A stretch of DNA of 44,555 nt from an uncultured Oscillospiraceae bacterium (GTDB lineage Bacteria > Bacillota > Clostridia > Oscillospirales > Ruminococcaceae), in assembly GCA_964369435.1 (NCBI GenBank), contig CAYJGP010000001.1, forward strand, positions 1 through 44,555. Reading direction: 5' to 3'. How positions within the stretch are numbered: the stretch's first letter is position 1; each line of letters begins with the position of its first letter. The notes under the pieces are model-generated. The model was not told the DNA's origin, did not search any database, and saw nothing but the letters and a program-made list of their open reading frames with translations. Shown here piece by piece: positions 42,101 to 44,555 of the stretch. The position numbers and the translations under genes were made by a program.

Positions 42101-43241
42101 TTTTCTGCGCAGAACTTGGGCGCTTATCTCGCTTGACAATCTAAAAAACAATGTCGAGATTATAAAAAAGATGTCTGGGAGCGAGATTTGTGCGGTCATA
42201 AAAGCGGACGGTTACGGTCACGGTGCTACAACTATAGCAAAAGAGCTAATGAGTTGCGGTGTTACTTTTTTTGCGGTATCAAACCTATCAGAGGCTCTTG
42301 AACTTCGAGTGAACGGAATAGAGGGTGAAATTCTAATTTTAGGATACACCCCACCAAAGCACTGGAAGAGCCTTTGCGACAACAAACTAACTCAGACGGT
42401 ATTCTCCCCAGAGTATGCGGATGAACTAAATGAGATGGCGAGTGAGCCTATCGACTGTCATATAAAGATTGACACTGGTATGTCGAGGCTTGGGTTTGCA
42501 CCAAAGTTAAAACAGCTACTTTGCACATACAAGCTTAATAATCTAAACTTCAAAGGGATTTTTACCCATTTTGCAGCTTCAGATGAAAATGGCGATTTTG
42601 CGCGAGATTTTACAAAAAAGCAGTATACAAAATTTATTGATATTGTGGATAAATTAATAGAATCCGGTATTGATGTTGGAATACGCCATTGTACGAATAG
42701 CGGAGCAGTCGCAAACTATAAAGAGTATGCACTCGATATGGTGCGATGTGGGATTATTTTGTTTGGCGTTTCGGCAAGTGATGAAGCACAGATAGATGGA
42801 CTTCTCCCATTAATGGAACTTAAAAGCACTGTCTCTATGGTAAAGGAGATAAAAAAAGGGAGCTTTGTCTCATACGGATGTACCTTCAAAGCGCCTTGTG
42901 ATATGAAGGTAGCGACCCTTCCCATAGGCTATGCCGATGGGTATTCAAGAAGTCTTTCAGGCAGGGGTAAGGTGCTTATAAATGGCGAGAGCTGTTTTGT
43001 TGTCGGAAGGGTGTGTATGGATCAACTTGTTATAGATGTAAGCCACATTGATGTGCATGAGGGAGATGTTGCAACACTTTTTGGTGTTGATAAAAATGCA
43101 TACCTTCCAGTATCGGAAATAGCGGAAATAGCGGGTACTATAAGCTATGAAATCCTCTGCCTTATCGGCAGAAGGGTGCCTCGTGTATATAAAAAAAATG
43201 GAAAAATAATATCGGTAAAGGATTATTTAGGGTGTATTTAG
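42093..43241 (+). CDS. alr: Alanine racemase
   Basis: It has the PLP-lysine motif AVIKADGYGHG and the C-terminal VCMDQLVIDV. Confidence 0.93.
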   Translation: MTDFLRRTWALISLDNLKNNVEIIKKMSGSEICAVIKADGYGHGATTIAKELMSCGVTFFAVSNLSEALELRVNGIEGEILILGYTPPKHWKSLCDNKLTQTVFSPEYADELNEMASEPIDCHIKIDTGMSRLGFAPKLKQLLCTYKLNNLNFKGIFTHFAASDENGDFARDFTKKQYTKFIDIVDKLIESGIDVGIRHCTNSGAVANYKEYALDMVRCGIILFGVSASDEAQIDGLLPLMELKSTVSMVKEIKKGSFVSYGCTFKAPCDMKVATLPIGYADGYSRSLSGRGKVLINGESCFVVGRVCMDQLVIDVSHIDVHEGDVATLFGVDKNAYLPVSEIAEIAGTISYEILCLIGRRVPRVYKKNGKIISVKDYLGCI

Positions 43242-44467
43242 AAGAAGAAAGAAAAAAAGCGCTTTTAATGGGGCTCGACACAGGAGAGTATAATACTGAT
43301 CTCTCGATGGATGAGCTATATAAGCTCTGCGAAACTGCAGGGCTTTTTGTCGTTTACGATATTGTTCAAAAGAGGGACAAACCTGATAAAAAGACATATA
43401 TCGGAACAGGAAAACTCGAAGAAGCGAAGCGGATTATAGAAGATGAAGGGATAGACTATGTCGTTTTTGATGATGAGCTATCTGCTTCACAGCTAAATAA
43501 CCTTGAGGAGATTTTAAATGTTGCTATACTCGATAGAACAACAGTTATCCTCGATATTTTTGCAGGGCGCGCTACAAGTAAAGAGGGGACTATCGAGGTT
43601 TTATTAGCGCAGCTAAAATACAGGTATGCAAGGCTTGCGGGAGCTGGTAAAGCTCTATCTCGTCTCGGTGGTGGAATAGGTACAAGAGGACCTGGTGAGA
43701 CAAAGCTTGAGAGTGACAGACGACATATAAGAGAGCGGATAAAGTCACTTTCAAACAAGCTAAAAGAGGCAGAAGAGCACAGGGCGCTGCTTGAGCGTGG
43801 ACGTGCAAAAAAAGGAATGCTCACCATTGCACTTGCAGGGTATACAAACGTTGGTAAGAGCAGCATTTTAAACTACTATACCGATGCAGGTGTGCTCTCA
43901 AAAGATATGCTTTTTGCAACCCTTGACCCAACAGCGAGAGGGCTTCGGCTTCCAAGTGGCCAGACGGCTATGTTAATAGATACTGTTGGATTTATAGGAA
44001 GATTGCCGCACCATCTTGTTCGAGCGTTTCGCTCAACACTCTCACATCTATATACAGCCGACCTTATCTTAAATGTCGTTGATATAAGCAGCGGTTTTTC
44101 ACTTCACCAACAGCATGAGACCGAAGATGTTTTAAAATTTCTAAAGATTGAAACACCGGTACTCACTGTGTTTAATAAAAGTGACCTTGCAGCTATACAA
44201 CCAACTATTCTAGCAAAAGATCAGATAGCGGTTTCTGCAAAAACAGGCTATCAGATGGAAGAACTGCTCATTAAAATTGAGGAATTGAGCGGAGTTTTTG
44301 CGGTTAAAACAGAACTTCTAATACCTTATAGCGAAGGAAGATTTTTAGAGAAGGTTTATAAAGAGTGCGAGGTTTTAAGCGAGGAGTATACCGAAGAGGG
44401 GACGCTTTTATCGGTTATTATAGAGAAAAAGATGCTTTATTTATTTCGTGATTTCTTGAAAAGCTAG
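43232..44467 (+). CDS. hflX: GTPase HflX
   Basis: It has GTRGPGETKLESDRR, G1 GYTNVGKSS, G3 DTVGF and G4 NKSD. The GTG start overlaps the end of alr. Confidence 0.93.
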   Translation: MYLEEERKKALLMGLDTGEYNTDLSMDELYKLCETAGLFVVYDIVQKRDKPDKKTYIGTGKLEEAKRIIEDEGIDYVVFDDELSASQLNNLEEILNVAILDRTTVILDIFAGRATSKEGTIEVLLAQLKYRYARLAGAGKALSRLGGGIGTRGPGETKLESDRRHIRERIKSLSNKLKEAEEHRALLERGRAKKGMLTIALAGYTNVGKSSILNYYTDAGVLSKDMLFATLDPTARGLRLPSGQTAMLIDTVGFIGRLPHHLVRAFRSTLSHLYTADLILNVVDISSGFSLHQQHETEDVLKFLKIETPVLTVFNKSDLAAIQPTILAKDQIAVSAKTGYQMEELLIKIEELSGVFAVKTELLIPYSEGRFLEKVYKECEVLSEEYTEEGTLLSVIIEKKMLYLFRDFLKS

Positions 44468-44497
44468 TTATTGCTACTTTTAATGAGGGTGAGTTTT

Positions 44498-44506
44498 TGG
44501 TATAAT
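44498..44506 (+). promoter_or_regulatory. Extended -10 promoter element (TGGTATAAT) at the right edge
   Basis: TGnTATAAT lies 31 nt after the hflX stop. A GC-containing segment with the hairpin CAAAATC-AAA-GATTTTG follows and runs off the window. Confidence 0.3.
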
Positions 44507-44555
44507 AACCTCGAGCGGATCCCAAAATCAAAGATTTTGACCACTCTGAGAACAT

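Noticed and set aside
44509-44523. Adjacent XhoI (CTCGAG) and BamHI (GGATCC) sites, suggesting a cloning-vector or linker remnant
   Set aside because: There is no other polylinker-like or vector-like sequence around them, and the neighbouring genes are native-looking. Two 6-mers alone are insufficient, though read-level inspection of this edge would settle it.

Overview
The window looks like a chromosomal segment of a low-GC Firmicute, probably Clostridia-like. The evidence is the gene order zapA-U32-dut-DUF4321-maf-mreBCD-pbp2-minD-like-mgsA-like-hisS-aspS, GGAGG-type ribosome binding sites, and frequent TTG/GTG starts. Coordinates 1-24300 are almost entirely minus-strand. They hold the leader of a probable second flagellin gene at the left edge, a flagellin gene with a sigma-28 promoter and CsrA-type leader, and a lipoprotein and a VanY-like peptidase. 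They also hold a surface or flagellar glycan cluster (a GT-C/DUF2142 protein, a GT2, a GT2-GT4 fusion, and a WbdD-like methyltransferase-like/kinase-like/coiled-coil protein), followed by aspS, hisS and the cell-shape and division block. Coordinates 24400-44500 are mostly plus-strand. They hold glgP, an uncharacterised sugar-phosphate operon (two tandem PfkB-like paralogs, a SIS protein and a BtpA/SgcQ protein), a MacB-type ABC operon with a large exported beta-sandwich-like protein, a padR-MFS cassette, a convergent yfhO-family gene, and yfbR-like, Nudix, CPBP, flavin reductase, alr and hflX genes. I found no rRNA, tRNA, CRISPR array, transposase, or recognisable defence or toxin genes. The most unusual signal is non-coding. 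Three intergenic GC-rich elements of about 90-108 bp (532-620, 27007-27114, 35139-35233) each fold as an outer stem enclosing three hairpins, using only Watson-Crick pairs. One has perfect 20-bp terminal inverted repeats flanked by a 6-bp direct repeat. Secondary oddities are as follows:
- Both PfkB-like paralogs have Asn in place of the catalytic Asp.
- AspRS lacks the PQSP part of its QSPQ signature.
- The MgsA homolog lacks His98 and Asp101 equivalents.
- The MinD-like ATPase is short and has no MinC or MinE partner in the window.
- There is a CA-rich strand-asymmetric tract.
- Two homologous terminator hairpins bracket the padR-MFS cassette.
All protein calls rest on motifs I recognised by eye. 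No database search was possible.
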